Made by a program: the position numbers and the translations under genes. The notes beneath the pieces are model-generated. The model was given only the letters and a program-made list of their open reading frames with translations, was not told where the DNA came from and did not search any database. From a virus: 18,687 nt of DNA. Below are positions 5,633-14,426 of this stretch, in pieces. Positions within the stretch are counted from its first letter, which is position 1, and each line of letters begins with the position of its first letter. The stretch lies in IMG/VR virus record IMGVR_UViG_3300045988_107078; one strand, 5' to 3'.

Positions 5633-5917
5633 ATGGCAGACCCAGACAATGACGGCGAAGAAAATACCACCCCGCCGCCGACCGAAGAGGAACAGCAGAC
5701 ACAAACCGTGGATGACGAGGTTAAGCCGAAAGAACCGGAACCGGAACCGGAACCGAAGCAGGAGCCGGACGTTTCCGCACGACTTGACGCGCTCGAAAAG
5801 GAATTGGCCGCACTGAAAGCCATGCTGGACACGCTCGGTTACAACGACCCCGCACCGTCTGATAACGACGGTGACGGCGATGATAAAGAAGAGTCCATCG
5901 AAGATTTGTTCGACTAA
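5633..5917 (+). CDS. Scaffolding protein candidate (94 aa, gp7-like)
   Basis: Highly acidic, with an (EP)n tract, a central heptad-like helix (ARLDALEKELAALKAMLDTL) and an acidic tail. It lies immediately upstream of the capsid gene and has a strong SD. Confidence 0.7.
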   Translation: MADPDNDGEENTTPPPTEEEQQTQTVDDEVKPKEPEPEPEPKQEPDVSARLDALEKELAALKAMLDTLGYNDPAPSDNDGDGDDKEESIEDLFD

Positions 5918-5935
5918 ATAAGGAAGGTATAAACA

Positions 5936-7663
5936 ATGTCTAATATTCGACCACTCGCAGGCAAGGGTGACGTTGAGATTTTCAATGCCGTGCGTTCCGC
6001 CACCTCACCGCAGTTCCAAACCCGTATCCCGAGTGCGACGCAGGGCAATATCCGCAACGCCGTGGATGCCATGCGCAACTTCCCCTACTTGCGCGACGAA
6101 TTCACGGGGGTATTGATCCAGAGGCTGATCGGACTGTACATCCAACATGCGGACTGGGATGACCCGCTGAAACTCATCGGCTCCCCGCGCACTCTCAAGC
6201 GCTACGGCTCCACCTATGAGCAGGCCGCCGTGGGTCTCGTCAAGGCACGTACCCGCAACTTCAATAAGGAATATTTGGGCGATGACGTTTACGGCCGCTA
6301 CTCGCTTCCGACCGCAAGCGTGTTCCACCCTCTGACTTTCGACCATTATTACCCCGTGACCATCCCGGAAGACGCTTTGCTGACTGCGTTCGACGGCGAA
6401 AGCGGCATGTCGGATTACATCGCGGAAATCATGAACGCCCCGATTCTGTCCGACCGAAACGACATGTATGTGATGAAGACTCAGTGCTTCGCGGAATACG
6501 CGCGCAAGGGTGGCTTCTACCGCGTCCAGTCGCCGGACGTCGGCGCGGCCAATAGCACGGAAGCGGACGCCAAGGGACTGCTCAGGCAGATTCAGGAGAT
6601 GGCCAACACTCTGAAGTCTCTGCCAATGTCCAGCATGGCACGATTCAACGCCATGAGCTGGGTTACTCCGTGGCGCGACAGCGAAGCCATTCTGTTCGCC
6701 ACTCCTGCGGTGATCGCCGCGTTGAACGTCGAAGCCCTCGCCGCCGCGTTCAACATCGATAAAGCGAACGTGCCGTACCGAATCATTCCGATTCCGGAAG
6801 ACATGTTCGGACTTGGCGGTTACAGTGGCAAGGTGCAGGCAGTGCTCACCACCGAAGACTTCTTCTTCCAATGGGACGAAATGCTGGAAACCACCAACTC
6901 CCCCGTCAACCCGATTGACGGCACGCTCAACATCTTCTACAAACACCGTGGCTCGATCACGCCTAATCCGTTCGCCAACGCCATTCTCTTCTGGACTGGC
7001 GAAGGCTCCACCGACACGATCGTTCTGCCGGACACTCTCACCACAGGTAAGCCGACTTTCGAAATCCGTTTGCGTAAGTATGGCGAAACCGCCATCACGC
7101 CACAGAACGTGTCGCGTGGCGACCTGGTGCAGGTGGTGTCTACCATCGAAAGCGCCAATAAGGCCACGGCCACGTTCCAACCGGTAGGCATCAAGTACGC
7201 AGTTGAAGGCGCTACCTCGCAGTTTACCGGCATCGACAATGACGGCATCCTGCGGTGCGGTCTGGACGAAACCGCCGAAACACTCAAAGTCACCGCACAG
7301 GCCACCTACATCAATCCGGCGACACCTGAAATTGACCAGACGGTCAGCGCCGCGCTTGACGTGCCGGTAGTCGGCACGTGGCTCGGTGGCTGGAAGCCGG
7401 ACAACATCGTCTCGCTGAGCATCAAGGCGGACGCGGAACCGGCGACAGTCAAGGCCGGCGAGACCATCGCACTGCACGCGATCGCCAGGAAAGCCAATGG
7501 CGAATTGCAGGATGTGACCAACTTCTGCGCTTGGACTGGCGACGAGACCGCTTCCGTCCAGCCGAACGGAGTGGTCACAGGCATCAAGCAGGGTTCGGCC
7601 ACTATCAAGGCGAAGTTCGCCGGACAGGTGGGCGGCACCGAAAAGGTCACTGTAACCGCCTGA
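5936..7663 (+). CDS. Major capsid protein, phi29 gp8-like, with a C-terminal bacterial Ig-like (Big_2-type) domain
   Basis: Segments IFNAVRS...IPSAT, DALLTAF...YIAEIMNA and AALNVEALAAAFNIDKANV match my recollection of gp8. The C-terminal roughly 85 aa (VKAGETIALHAIA...VTGIKQGSATIKAKF...VTVTA) form a typical Big_2 pattern. Confidence 0.9.
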   Translation: MSNIRPLAGKGDVEIFNAVRSATSPQFQTRIPSATQGNIRNAVDAMRNFPYLRDEFTGVLIQRLIGLYIQHADWDDPLKLIGSPRTLKRYGSTYEQAAVGLVKARTRNFNKEYLGDDVYGRYSLPTASVFHPLTFDHYYPVTIPEDALLTAFDGESGMSDYIAEIMNAPILSDRNDMYVMKTQCFAEYARKGGFYRVQSPDVGAANSTEADAKGLLRQIQEMANTLKSLPMSSMARFNAMSWVTPWRDSEAILFATPAVIAALNVEALAAAFNIDKANVPYRIIPIPEDMFGLGGYSGKVQAVLTTEDFFFQWDEMLETTNSPVNPIDGTLNIFYKHRGSITPNPFANAILFWTGEGSTDTIVLPDTLTTGKPTFEIRLRKYGETAITPQNVSRGDLVQVVSTIESANKATATFQPVGIKYAVEGATSQFTGIDNDGILRCGLDETAETLKVTAQATYINPATPEIDQTVSAALDVPVVGTWLGGWKPDNIVSLSIKADAEPATVKAGETIALHAIARKANGELQDVTNFCAWTGDETASVQPNGVVTGIKQGSATIKAKFAGQVGGTEKVTVTA

Positions 7664-7685
7664 TTTTTCGGACAACAGGTAGAAT

Positions 7686-7717
7686 GGGTGTGGCAAACGC
7701 TACGCCCGTTCTTTTTT
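7686..7717 (+). terminator. Intrinsic terminator candidate after the capsid gene (probably leaky)
   Basis: GGGTGTGGC-AAAC-GCTACGCCC (9 bp, two G-U pairs) followed by GTTCTTTTTT. The SD AGGAGGA of the next gene follows. Confidence 0.55.
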
Positions 7718-7730
7718 ACAGGAGGATAAA

Positions 7731-9959
7731 ATGTCGGCAAACGATCTGCCAATCAACTTCAGCTACGCGCGATGGACGCCAAATACACATTTTAAATTGT
7801 GTAACGTTCCTTGGGATATGGGATACAGGGATATAGTCAAATGGAGCGAGCAAGCTCAAAGAGAATATTTCGACCGATTGGACGGTATCGAGTTCACAAA
7901 TTGTACTATGGCGAAATATGGCCTTCCGGTACGGCTGCCGGTGCCGTTTGCGCAGGCGTCGAAATACAACTATTTGATCGCGACGAACGACTACGATTTT
8001 GATACCCCCCGTAGTTGGTATTATTTTGTCCAGACATGCGATTACGTCAACGCGAACACCACACAACTCAATATCCAGCTTGATGTGTGGCAGAGCTTCC
8101 AGCACGATATTCAGCTCGGCAACGCATATGTGGAACGGGGGCATGTCGGCATTGCGAACGAGAACGCTTGGAAGGACTGGGGCCGCACCTATCTTGACCT
8201 GCCGGAAGGTTTGGACACAGGTAAGGCAATGGTGGTCACTGGGCAGCAGTATAAGAGTCTGATTGGCGAAACGAACGGGTACACCACCTTCGGCGTGCTC
8301 GTGGTGTCCACGACAAAGCTGGACACCGACCCGGGCACGGCAACCGCGCCGAAAACCACGTGCGCGGACGGCAGCGCCTTTGAAAACCATACAAACGGCA
8401 CCGCATTGTACTATTTCTCGGATGCTTTGGACTTCCTCGCAGTGATGGGCGCGGGCGCTGAATATCCGTGGGTGACGCAGGGTATTTGCGGCATCTACGC
8501 CATTCCACAACTTCCGGGAGCATTGTTGAAAAATCAGAAGAAGCCGGGAGTGTTTTTTAACCACATGATCGATTGGCGCGGCGACTGCTACCGCTTGGAA
8601 ATACGCCACAATGACGCTAAAAGCCGCTACGCCGACATCATCCATATCAAGGACTTCCGCGACAATTTCAGACTCCCCGAACGCTACAAGTATCTCCAAA
8701 AATTCCGCACCGCGCCATACGCGGTATTGGAGTGCTCGTGTCTCAACGGTACCGTGATCACCTATAATCCTGAACAGATTCCAAGCGCTGACCTGACTAT
8801 CCGCGAGTCGTGGGACTACGCTCCCCCTTCTCCGCGACTCAATTTCTACCCGCGCGGGTACAACGCCGGAGATGTCAGCGAACAATCGCCATTGCCTAAC
8901 AATTCCGGTCTTCCGATCGATTCGGGCGAAATGCTCAACGCAAGTTTCGGCGTCACCAATTTCCCCACCTTTATGACAGTCAACAACGGTAGTGCCCTCG
9001 CTCTAGCGAACAGTGCCTATACACGCCAATACGCTCAGCAAAGCGCCGATTGGTCATACCAGAAAACGCAAATGGGTATCAACAACGCCTACGCTCAGGC
9101 GCAATTAGGCACGCAGTATGCGAGTGCGCAGAACCAGCTTGGCACCAGCAATCGCAACGCAATGATGTCGATCAACAATCAAGCCGCGCAGATGTCGGCC
9201 GATCTGACATTGAAAAATCTGAGTTTCGGCAACCGTATGAATCAGCTCAATACCATTGGCTCAGGCGTGGCTAACGCGGTTGGTTCCGCCGTCACCGGCA
9301 ACGTTGGCGGCGTGGTCGGCGCCGTGGCGGGCACAGCTATCGGCGCGGTAGCGAACCAGATGTCGTACAACAATGCGGTAGACTCTAACAGTCAGCAATT
9401 GTCGAACACTTTGGCAACGAACGGTGCAACCACCTCACAGTCGAATGCCTACAGTCTTGCGCAAACAAATCTGTCCAACCAACAGACAATGCAGTTCGCG
9501 GACATGAACAAACAACTCGCTCAAGCCACCGCGCAAGGTGATTACGAAAACACCATCGCCGGTATCAACGCGCAAGTGCAACAGACTCAGACAGTGCCAC
9601 CTACCACGTCCGGCGCATTGGGCGGTGACGCTTTCAATCTGGCGAACGGGCTAATTGGCGTCATGGTACGCTTCCGGCAGATACCGCCCGCGGCCATGCG
9701 TTCCATTGGCGAGGTATGGTTGCGCTACGGCTATTACGTCCAGAGGTTTATGCGGTTGCCGGAAAATCTAATGGCAATGAGCAATTTTACATACTGGAAA
9801 GTACATGAGTTGTACGTACGTTCGAGCACGTGCCCAGAAGAGTACCGACTCACGGTTAAGGGCATTTTCGAGAGTGGCGTGACTGTCTGGACTGACCCCA
9901 CCAAAATCGGTGTCACCGATTATGCGGACAACGTGCCACTATCCGGTATCGCGTACTGA
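7731..9959 (+). CDS. Tail knob (distal tube) protein, phi29 gp9-like (742 aa)
   Basis: The N-terminal domain aligns by eye with gp9 (NVPW...KYNYLIATNDY...WYYFVQTCDYVNANTTQLNIQLDVWQSF...YVERGHV). The central part is a long Q/N/A/S-rich region with a Gly/Ala/Val hydrophobic core. Confidence 0.85.
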   Translation: MSANDLPINFSYARWTPNTHFKLCNVPWDMGYRDIVKWSEQAQREYFDRLDGIEFTNCTMAKYGLPVRLPVPFAQASKYNYLIATNDYDFDTPRSWYYFVQTCDYVNANTTQLNIQLDVWQSFQHDIQLGNAYVERGHVGIANENAWKDWGRTYLDLPEGLDTGKAMVVTGQQYKSLIGETNGYTTFGVLVVSTTKLDTDPGTATAPKTTCADGSAFENHTNGTALYYFSDALDFLAVMGAGAEYPWVTQGICGIYAIPQLPGALLKNQKKPGVFFNHMIDWRGDCYRLEIRHNDAKSRYADIIHIKDFRDNFRLPERYKYLQKFRTAPYAVLECSCLNGTVITYNPEQIPSADLTIRESWDYAPPSPRLNFYPRGYNAGDVSEQSPLPNNSGLPIDSGEMLNASFGVTNFPTFMTVNNGSALALANSAYTRQYAQQSADWSYQKTQMGINNAYAQAQLGTQYASAQNQLGTSNRNAMMSINNQAAQMSADLTLKNLSFGNRMNQLNTIGSGVANAVGSAVTGNVGGVVGAVAGTAIGAVANQMSYNNAVDSNSQQLSNTLATNGATTSQSNAYSLAQTNLSNQQTMQFADMNKQLAQATAQGDYENTIAGINAQVQQTQTVPPTTSGALGGDAFNLANGLIGVMVRFRQIPPAAMRSIGEVWLRYGYYVQRFMRLPENLMAMSNFTYWKVHELYVRSSTCPEEYRLTVKGIFESGVTVWTDPTKIGVTDYADNVPLSGIAY

Positions 9960-9966
9960 CATATAT

Positions 9967-10003
9967 AATGGAGAGAGCATATTAAGCTCTCTCCATTATT
10001 TTT
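9967..10003 (+). terminator. Strong intrinsic terminator between the tail knob and portal genes
   Basis: AATGGAGAGAGC-ATATTAA-GCTCTCTCCATT (12-bp perfect stem) followed by ATTTTT. Confidence 0.7.
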
Positions 10004-10015
10004 AGGACGGTGAAT

Positions 10016-10957
10016 ATGGGTAAACGCAATAACGCAAAGAAGGCGGCACACTGGGATAACCAAAGTGTGCTTGGCTCGATGTGGGGCAATCTCAATCTGC
10101 CTGAAATGCGGCAATCACTGAGAATCAATCAGTACATGAAATTAATTGAAATGTTGGCGGTGAGCCGGTTCAAGTGGATTAATTTGCCCCCGTATATCGA
10201 TGAAAGATATTTGGAACTGACTTTGTTCGAGAATGGCTTGGCACTCTTTTTCCCCGACGAACGCAAGGGCGTTCGCCGTTTTATGGTCACGTCGGGTAAT
10301 ATCGGGGGCGTCAATAATTACAACAATCCGACATCATTCCAGCCGGTCGCCACGAATTACTCGCATCCGCAAATAGGCTCGAAAAAATGTGTACCTATTT
10401 GGGATAATCAATTGCGTTGCACCATGATTGATGTCATGTGGAATTACGCGACGCGACTCGCCATTGCGGATAGGGCGCTGGACGTCAACCTCGACAATAT
10501 CAGCGTACCGTTGATTATCGCCACGTCCGAAACCAACAAACTTACCGCCCAAAACCTAATGAAAGCAAGAGAAGACGGAGATCCGTACGTCTACGCGTAT
10601 GACAGCGCTGATATTACGGGCATGTTCCAAACCTTCCCCAACATGACCCCCTTCCTAGCGGATAAAATCATTACCACCAAGACGCAGATCTGGAACGAAC
10701 TAGTAAACTATCTCGGCATCGACAACAGCACGACGGAGAAAAAGGAGCGACTGCTCGAATCGGAAGTGACGGCTGGAAACAGTCGTACAAACGTTTTCCG
10801 CCTGAGCTATCTTAAGGCGCGACAACAGGCGTGCGACACGATTAACCGGTTGTGGCCGCAAATGGCAGACTTAGGCAAACCGATAAGCATTGAATGGAAC
10901 GACACCACTTCTGGCGGACTCTTGGACGTTGACGGAAACAAGGAGGAAGAAGACTAA
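10016..10957 (+). CDS. Portal (head-tail connector), phi29 gp10-like (313 aa)
   Basis: FKWINLPPYIDERYLELTLFENG and IWNELVNYLGIDNSTTEKKERLLESEV match the gp10 signature segments (FEWENLPP..., [22 protein letters not shown]...). The ATG at 10016 lies 8 nt after AGGA. The GTG at 10010 is too close to the SD. Confidence 0.93.
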   Translation: MGKRNNAKKAAHWDNQSVLGSMWGNLNLPEMRQSLRINQYMKLIEMLAVSRFKWINLPPYIDERYLELTLFENGLALFFPDERKGVRRFMVTSGNIGGVNNYNNPTSFQPVATNYSHPQIGSKKCVPIWDNQLRCTMIDVMWNYATRLAIADRALDVNLDNISVPLIIATSETNKLTAQNLMKAREDGDPYVYAYDSADITGMFQTFPNMTPFLADKIITTKTQIWNELVNYLGIDNSTTEKKERLLESEVTAGNSRTNVFRLSYLKARQQACDTINRLWPQMADLGKPISIEWNDTTSGGLLDVDGNKEEED

Positions 10958-11769
10958 TGGTACAGGATTTGAGCATGTACGCCATCAAGGACAGCATGGC
11001 GGATTATACGTTGACGCTTGGCAATCTTATTGCACGCGGTTTTAATACGGACGAAAAACTGCATTTAAGCTCGCAATATTACCCGGTTTTTGATGAAACA
11101 TATAGAGCGAAACTCAACGAGAAAATCGTGGCACACTACGCATTGCGCGAAATCGGTTCGGAAACGCCGCAAATGTTCATTTTTTATCTCGGTCGTACCA
11201 TGCGCGAACAGATGGACTATTTCAACCAACTATACTTATCCGCGCAACGCAAGTTCGATCCGTTCATTACTTCTGACATTCGGCAGGAAATGGACTCTAC
11301 CAGTATTAACGAGTCCAGCGGCAAATCGAGCGGTACGCAGTCGAACGAGTCCAGCGCCAACAGCACGTCCGACACCACCGCCGACAATTCCAGCATGACG
11401 TTCAATTCGGAATTTCCCCAAACTCGCATTGATGACTTCCGAAAGTATGCGACAACCGCAAGCCAAACGGACTCAACCGGCAACACGCATACAAGCACAC
11501 AGCAGGACAGCAGCACCACCGCATCCAGTACCAGCAACACCGATTTTTCGCATTCGTCCGACAAAGGCAACAGCGTGTCGCATACACTCGGTACCAGCGG
11601 CTCGCAATCGCAACTGTTGCAGGATTGGCGTAATACCATGCTTAACATCGACATGATGGTAGTCAACTCGCTCGAAAGTCTGTTTTTAGGAATGTGGGGC
11701 AGTGGGGACAATATGACCAACGTGCCGCAGCTTTACAGTACTTCGTTAGCCTACAATCTCGGCCATTAG
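10957..11769 (+). CDS. Lower collar protein candidate, gp11-like (270 aa)
   Basis: Follows the portal gene with a TAATG overlap. The N-terminal YPVFDETYRAKLNEKIVAHYALREIGSETPQMF...YFNQLY is typical of lower collar proteins of small podophages. The central region is Ser/Thr-rich. Confidence 0.7.
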   Translation: MVQDLSMYAIKDSMADYTLTLGNLIARGFNTDEKLHLSSQYYPVFDETYRAKLNEKIVAHYALREIGSETPQMFIFYLGRTMREQMDYFNQLYLSAQRKFDPFITSDIRQEMDSTSINESSGKSSGTQSNESSANSTSDTTADNSSMTFNSEFPQTRIDDFRKYATTASQTDSTGNTHTSTQQDSSTTASSTSNTDFSHSSDKGNSVSHTLGTSGSQSQLLQDWRNTMLNIDMMVVNSLESLFLGMWGSGDNMTNVPQLYSTSLAYNLGH

Positions 11770-11800
11770 AGTATACTTGACATTGACAGTTAGGAGGATT

Positions 11801-12400
11801 ATGGACGGAATAAACCTATGCGCCGCGCCGTTGGACATTGACCCGCGGCAGCGCTATTTCACGACGGTTCAGCCTTTTTCGTACCGCGACACATTGACCG
11901 TGCTCGGATACGTGCAGGAGGTGGCCGAACATGTGGACGAATTGCGCGAACAGCTCGACAATCTCGCCAAGGACGAGAACGCGGACATTGAAGCGATCAA
12001 ACAGCTGATAGCCGGTTTCAGCGAGCAGTTCGAACGTATCAACAAAACCTTGGATGATTTGGAAAAGCAGGTTGGACAGTACGAAGACTCTGACTTGACC
12101 TATAATCCGACGCGAGGAAAATACGAGGACTCGAAAAACACGAATCGAGACATGTACCGAGAATTGGCTGTCTTCGGCGCGCGCGTCAACCAGATGGCAC
12201 AACTATCCGTGCCAATGGCCGCAGCGCACACGTGCTTGGAGTTCACCGTGCTTGGCAACAAAACCATTTTTCACAATGACGAGCCACGCATCACTCCGCG
12301 TGACGTGCATGTGGATGACGGTGAACCAGTCAGTCCGTTGACTGTCGAAAATCTTTCCAATGGCGTCGTGGTCAATAATTTCATGAAAACCGCTAGATAG
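11801..12400 (+). CDS. Tail appendage or fibre-associated structural protein (199 aa)
   Basis: The ATG at 11801 follows TAGGAGGA. A coiled-coil central segment (VDELREQLDNLAKDENADIEAIKQLIAGFSEQFERINKTLDDLEKQV) is present. The gene lies between the collar and fibre genes, and its function is inferred from that position. Confidence 0.55.
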   Translation: MDGINLCAAPLDIDPRQRYFTTVQPFSYRDTLTVLGYVQEVAEHVDELREQLDNLAKDENADIEAIKQLIAGFSEQFERINKTLDDLEKQVGQYEDSDLTYNPTRGKYEDSKNTNRDMYRELAVFGARVNQMAQLSVPMAAAHTCLEFTVLGNKTIFHNDEPRITPRDVHVDDGEPVSPLTVENLSNGVVVNNFMKTAR

Positions 12401-12411
12401 GAGCAGTGGCA

Positions 12412-12765
12412 ATGACACAGAAAACACCGAACTACAATCTTGAGAAATATGACGCGACGGACGCGCCGAATCTTGAGGGGCAGTACAATCGCTCGATGGA
12501 CATTCTTGATACGGCGCTGAAAACGCAGTCGGACAGGATTGACGCCATTCCGACACCGGAGTCGCTTCCGGAAGGATTGAGCGCATTTGCCGCCGCTCTC
12601 GGATTGAGCGCCGCGAACGCCAACGCGCTCGGCACCGCACTCAACCATTTTCTCAACCGTGTTCCCGCAACCGGTGGCGGACAGTATACCGTCAAAAACC
12701 TCAACAACACCAAAGTCACCGCGGAGGGTCTGCCGTTCGTTTCCACCACCGCCTCAGGAGATTGA
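12412..12765 (+). CDS. Fibre-module protein 1 (117 aa) with the conserved tail-fibre N-terminal motif
   Basis: YNLEKYDATDAPNLEGQYNRSMDILD is the Y-x-L...D...YNxSMxxID pattern seen at the N-termini of many Gram-positive phage fibre proteins. The ATG at 12412 lies 8 nt after AGGAG. Confidence 0.65.
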   Translation: MTQKTPNYNLEKYDATDAPNLEGQYNRSMDILDTALKTQSDRIDAIPTPESLPEGLSAFAAALGLSAANANALGTALNHFLNRVPATGGGQYTVKNLNNTKVTAEGLPFVSTTASGD

Positions 12766-12770
12766 CGATC

Positions 12771-12953
12771 ATGACAGACAGTCAGCAGACCACGCCCGTG
12801 GACTCCGCCGCATACGATGTGACGCGACATTGGGGGTTGCCGCTTTACAATGATGCGACGCCAATGGACATGCGCGATGGCTACAATCGCTCCATGCGCA
12901 TGATTGACCAGATTCTCACCCAGCTGCAAACTCAGATTCGAGAAAAGGATTAA
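12771..12953 (+). CDS. Fibre-module protein 2 (60 aa), N-terminal motif only
   Basis: WGLPLYNDATPMDMRDGYNRSMRMIDQIL is paralogous to the N-termini of the genes on either side. At the DNA level TACAATCGCTC(C/G)ATG is shared with 12484-12498. AGGAG lies 10 nt upstream. Confidence 0.55.
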   Translation: MTDSQQTTPVDSAAYDVTRHWGLPLYNDATPMDMRDGYNRSMRMIDQILTQLQTQIREKD

Positions 12954-12959
12954 CGTAAA

Positions 12960-14420
12960 ATGGCTACAGTGTACACGAAAACCGACAATTACGGTTTGAA
13001 CCTCTATGGCGACAACGACCCCGCAGATTTGCGCGACGGTTACAACGGCTCCATGCGCACTATCGATACGACGCTCGAAACGCACCTCAATCGCATCGAA
13101 GCCGTGGAGTCGCGTGAAACCCACGACGAGGAAGTGGCTAAGGCGCTGCTTGGAGATAACACGGTGGACGCTGCCACCGCCTCTAAGACCAAGTGGAATA
13201 AAGCCGGTACTGACGCCACCGCCGCCGCCACCGCCGCCGCCGACGCCGCAGGCAAGGCGGGCAATAACAGCGCCATTCTCGCCGCACTCGGCGCTGACTC
13301 CACCGCGCACGCCACCACCCAAAAAACCAAGTGGGACAAAGCAGGTACGGACGCCACAACCGCCATTGGCAAGGCGGATGCGAACAAAGGGATCCTGACC
13401 GCGTTAGGAGCTGATACCACCGCGCATGCCGCCGCAAATAAGACGAAGTGGGACAAAAACACGACGGACATTGCCACACTATCCACTTCAGTAGGCGACA
13501 ATTCCTCGAAGATCGCAACCATACTCGAAAAACTGGGGCAGGCGCAATATGAAGATGGATATCTCGTGACGTTTGGCGATTCGTATGCGGACAGCACGCA
13601 GAAGGGAAATACGTGGTCATTCCAGCTGTCCACCATGTTCCCGGAATTGCAGTGGAAAAACTATGCGAAGAGTGGCGCAGGGTTTAACGTTTCGGGCATT
13701 CCGACTTTTGCTCAGCAGGTCGCCAACTGCGTAGCTGATACCAGTGTGAACAACACTAAAGTCAAGGTCGCTGTATGCGCTGGCGGGCGCAACGACATCC
13801 TGGACTACAATTCCGGGCTGTCCAAAGCACATGATGTCGTGGTGGCGATGAAGACCGCGTTTCCAAACGCAATTATCGTGATCGCGCCAATGCTGTTCGA
13901 TCATACCACCCTCAACGAGAACGGAATGCAGAAATATTATGGACTGCTCAGCGGTGCAATCAGCGCCGTGACCGGAAACCGTCGAGTGGTAGTGGCGGAT
14001 AGCGCCTACGTGTGGTGCAAGGGCGAACCGGGGTTTTTCAGCTCCGACGGCGTTCATCCTAACGCGACTGGCGCCAAGACTATCGCCAAATACCTCTACA
14101 CGGCATGCCGTGACAGTTACCGCGGCAGGCATGCATACGCAATCTCCATGCTCGGCTCCATGCCGGTGGAGTTCACCCTGCAAAACGGCGTTATCACGGT
14201 GGACGGACAGGGTGATATTCCATCAATCGGCGCAGGCAAGGGCGGAGACTTGGCGAAATGGACGTATCCACGTCACAACATTTGGGCGTGGATAGTCACA
14301 GGCGGTAGTACCACGAAGCCGACGCTAGGCTATATCGCTCCCAGCGGTGAGTGGGGCATTTACGATGCGACCGTAGCCAATCAAGGTCACGCGAGCTTCG
14401 TGACATCCTACGCAGCCTAG
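12960..14420 (+). CDS. Tail fibre (appendage) with a C-terminal SGNH/GDSL-family esterase domain (486 aa)
   Basis: The N-terminal motif is YGLNLYGDNDPADLRDGYNGSMRTID, followed by Ala/Thr-rich tandem repeats. The SGNH blocks are FGDSY (Ser208), GGRND and DGVHPN. A C-terminal beta-rich domain follows. Confidence 0.85.
   Translation: MATVYTKTDNYGLNLYGDNDPADLRDGYNGSMRTIDTTLETHLNRIEAVESRETHDEEVAKALLGDNTVDAATASKTKWNKAGTDATAAATAAADAAGKAGNNSAILAALGADSTAHATTQKTKWDKAGTDATTAIGKADANKGILTALGADTTAHAAANKTKWDKNTTDIATLSTSVGDNSSKIATILEKLGQAQYEDGYLVTFGDSYADSTQKGNTWSFQLSTMFPELQWKNYAKSGAGFNVSGIPTFAQQVANCVADTSVNNTKVKVAVCAGGRNDILDYNSGLSKAHDVVVAMKTAFPNAIIVIAPMLFDHTTLNENGMQKYYGLLSGAISAVTGNRRVVVADSAYVWCKGEPGFFSSDGVHPNATGAKTIAKYLYTACRDSYRGRHAYAISMLGSMPVEFTLQNGVITVDGQGDIPSIGAGKGGDLAKWTYPRHNIWAWIVTGGSTTKPTLGYIAPSGEWGIYDATVANQGHASFVTSYAA
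13185..13480 (+). repeat. In-frame tandem repeats in the fibre stalk (units starting at 13185, 13323 and 13440; 46 aa, 39 aa and one partial)
   Basis: KTKW(N/D)K(A/N)(G/T)TDA...IL(A/T)ALGAD(S/T)TAHA occurs about 2.5 times. The similarity is also visible in the DNA (AAGACCAAGTGGAATAAAGCCGGTACTGACGCC versus AAAACCAAGTGGGACAAAGCAGGTACGGACGCC). Confidence 0.75.
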
Positions 14421-14426
14421 CTTCCG

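Noticed and set aside
5452-5652. 66-aa + ORF in the gap between the polymerase and scaffold genes
   Set aside because: It reads straight through the intrinsic terminator and the late promoter, overlaps the scaffold start out of frame, and has no SD.
6005-7696. Very long - strand ORF (563 aa) covering the capsid gene
   Set aside because: It is a shadow frame of the capsid CDS. The translation is Arg/Gly/His-rich with no motifs, whereas the + frame aligns with phi29 gp8 and ends in a Big_2 domain.
7716-8885. - strand ORF of 389 aa antisense to the tail knob gene
   Set aside because: The + frame carries clear gp9-like N-terminal signatures. The antisense product is Arg/Val-rich, has no SD and runs against the operon direction.
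11777-11788. Tandem TTGACATTGACA just upstream of the 11801 gene
   Set aside because: The two -35-like hexamers have no acceptable -10 at 16-18 nt. The candidates are TATGGA and CGGAAT, both overlapping the start codon. This is probably chance, or part of the SD context.
12432-14183. Several - strand and off-frame ORFs (12432-13322, 13040-13636, 13183-13620, 13617-14183, 13006-13398) inside the fibre genes
   Set aside because: They arise from the GC-rich, Ala/Thr-repeat coding sequence. Poly-Gly/Pro/Arg translations are typical of shadow frames, and the + frame has intact SGNH blocks.
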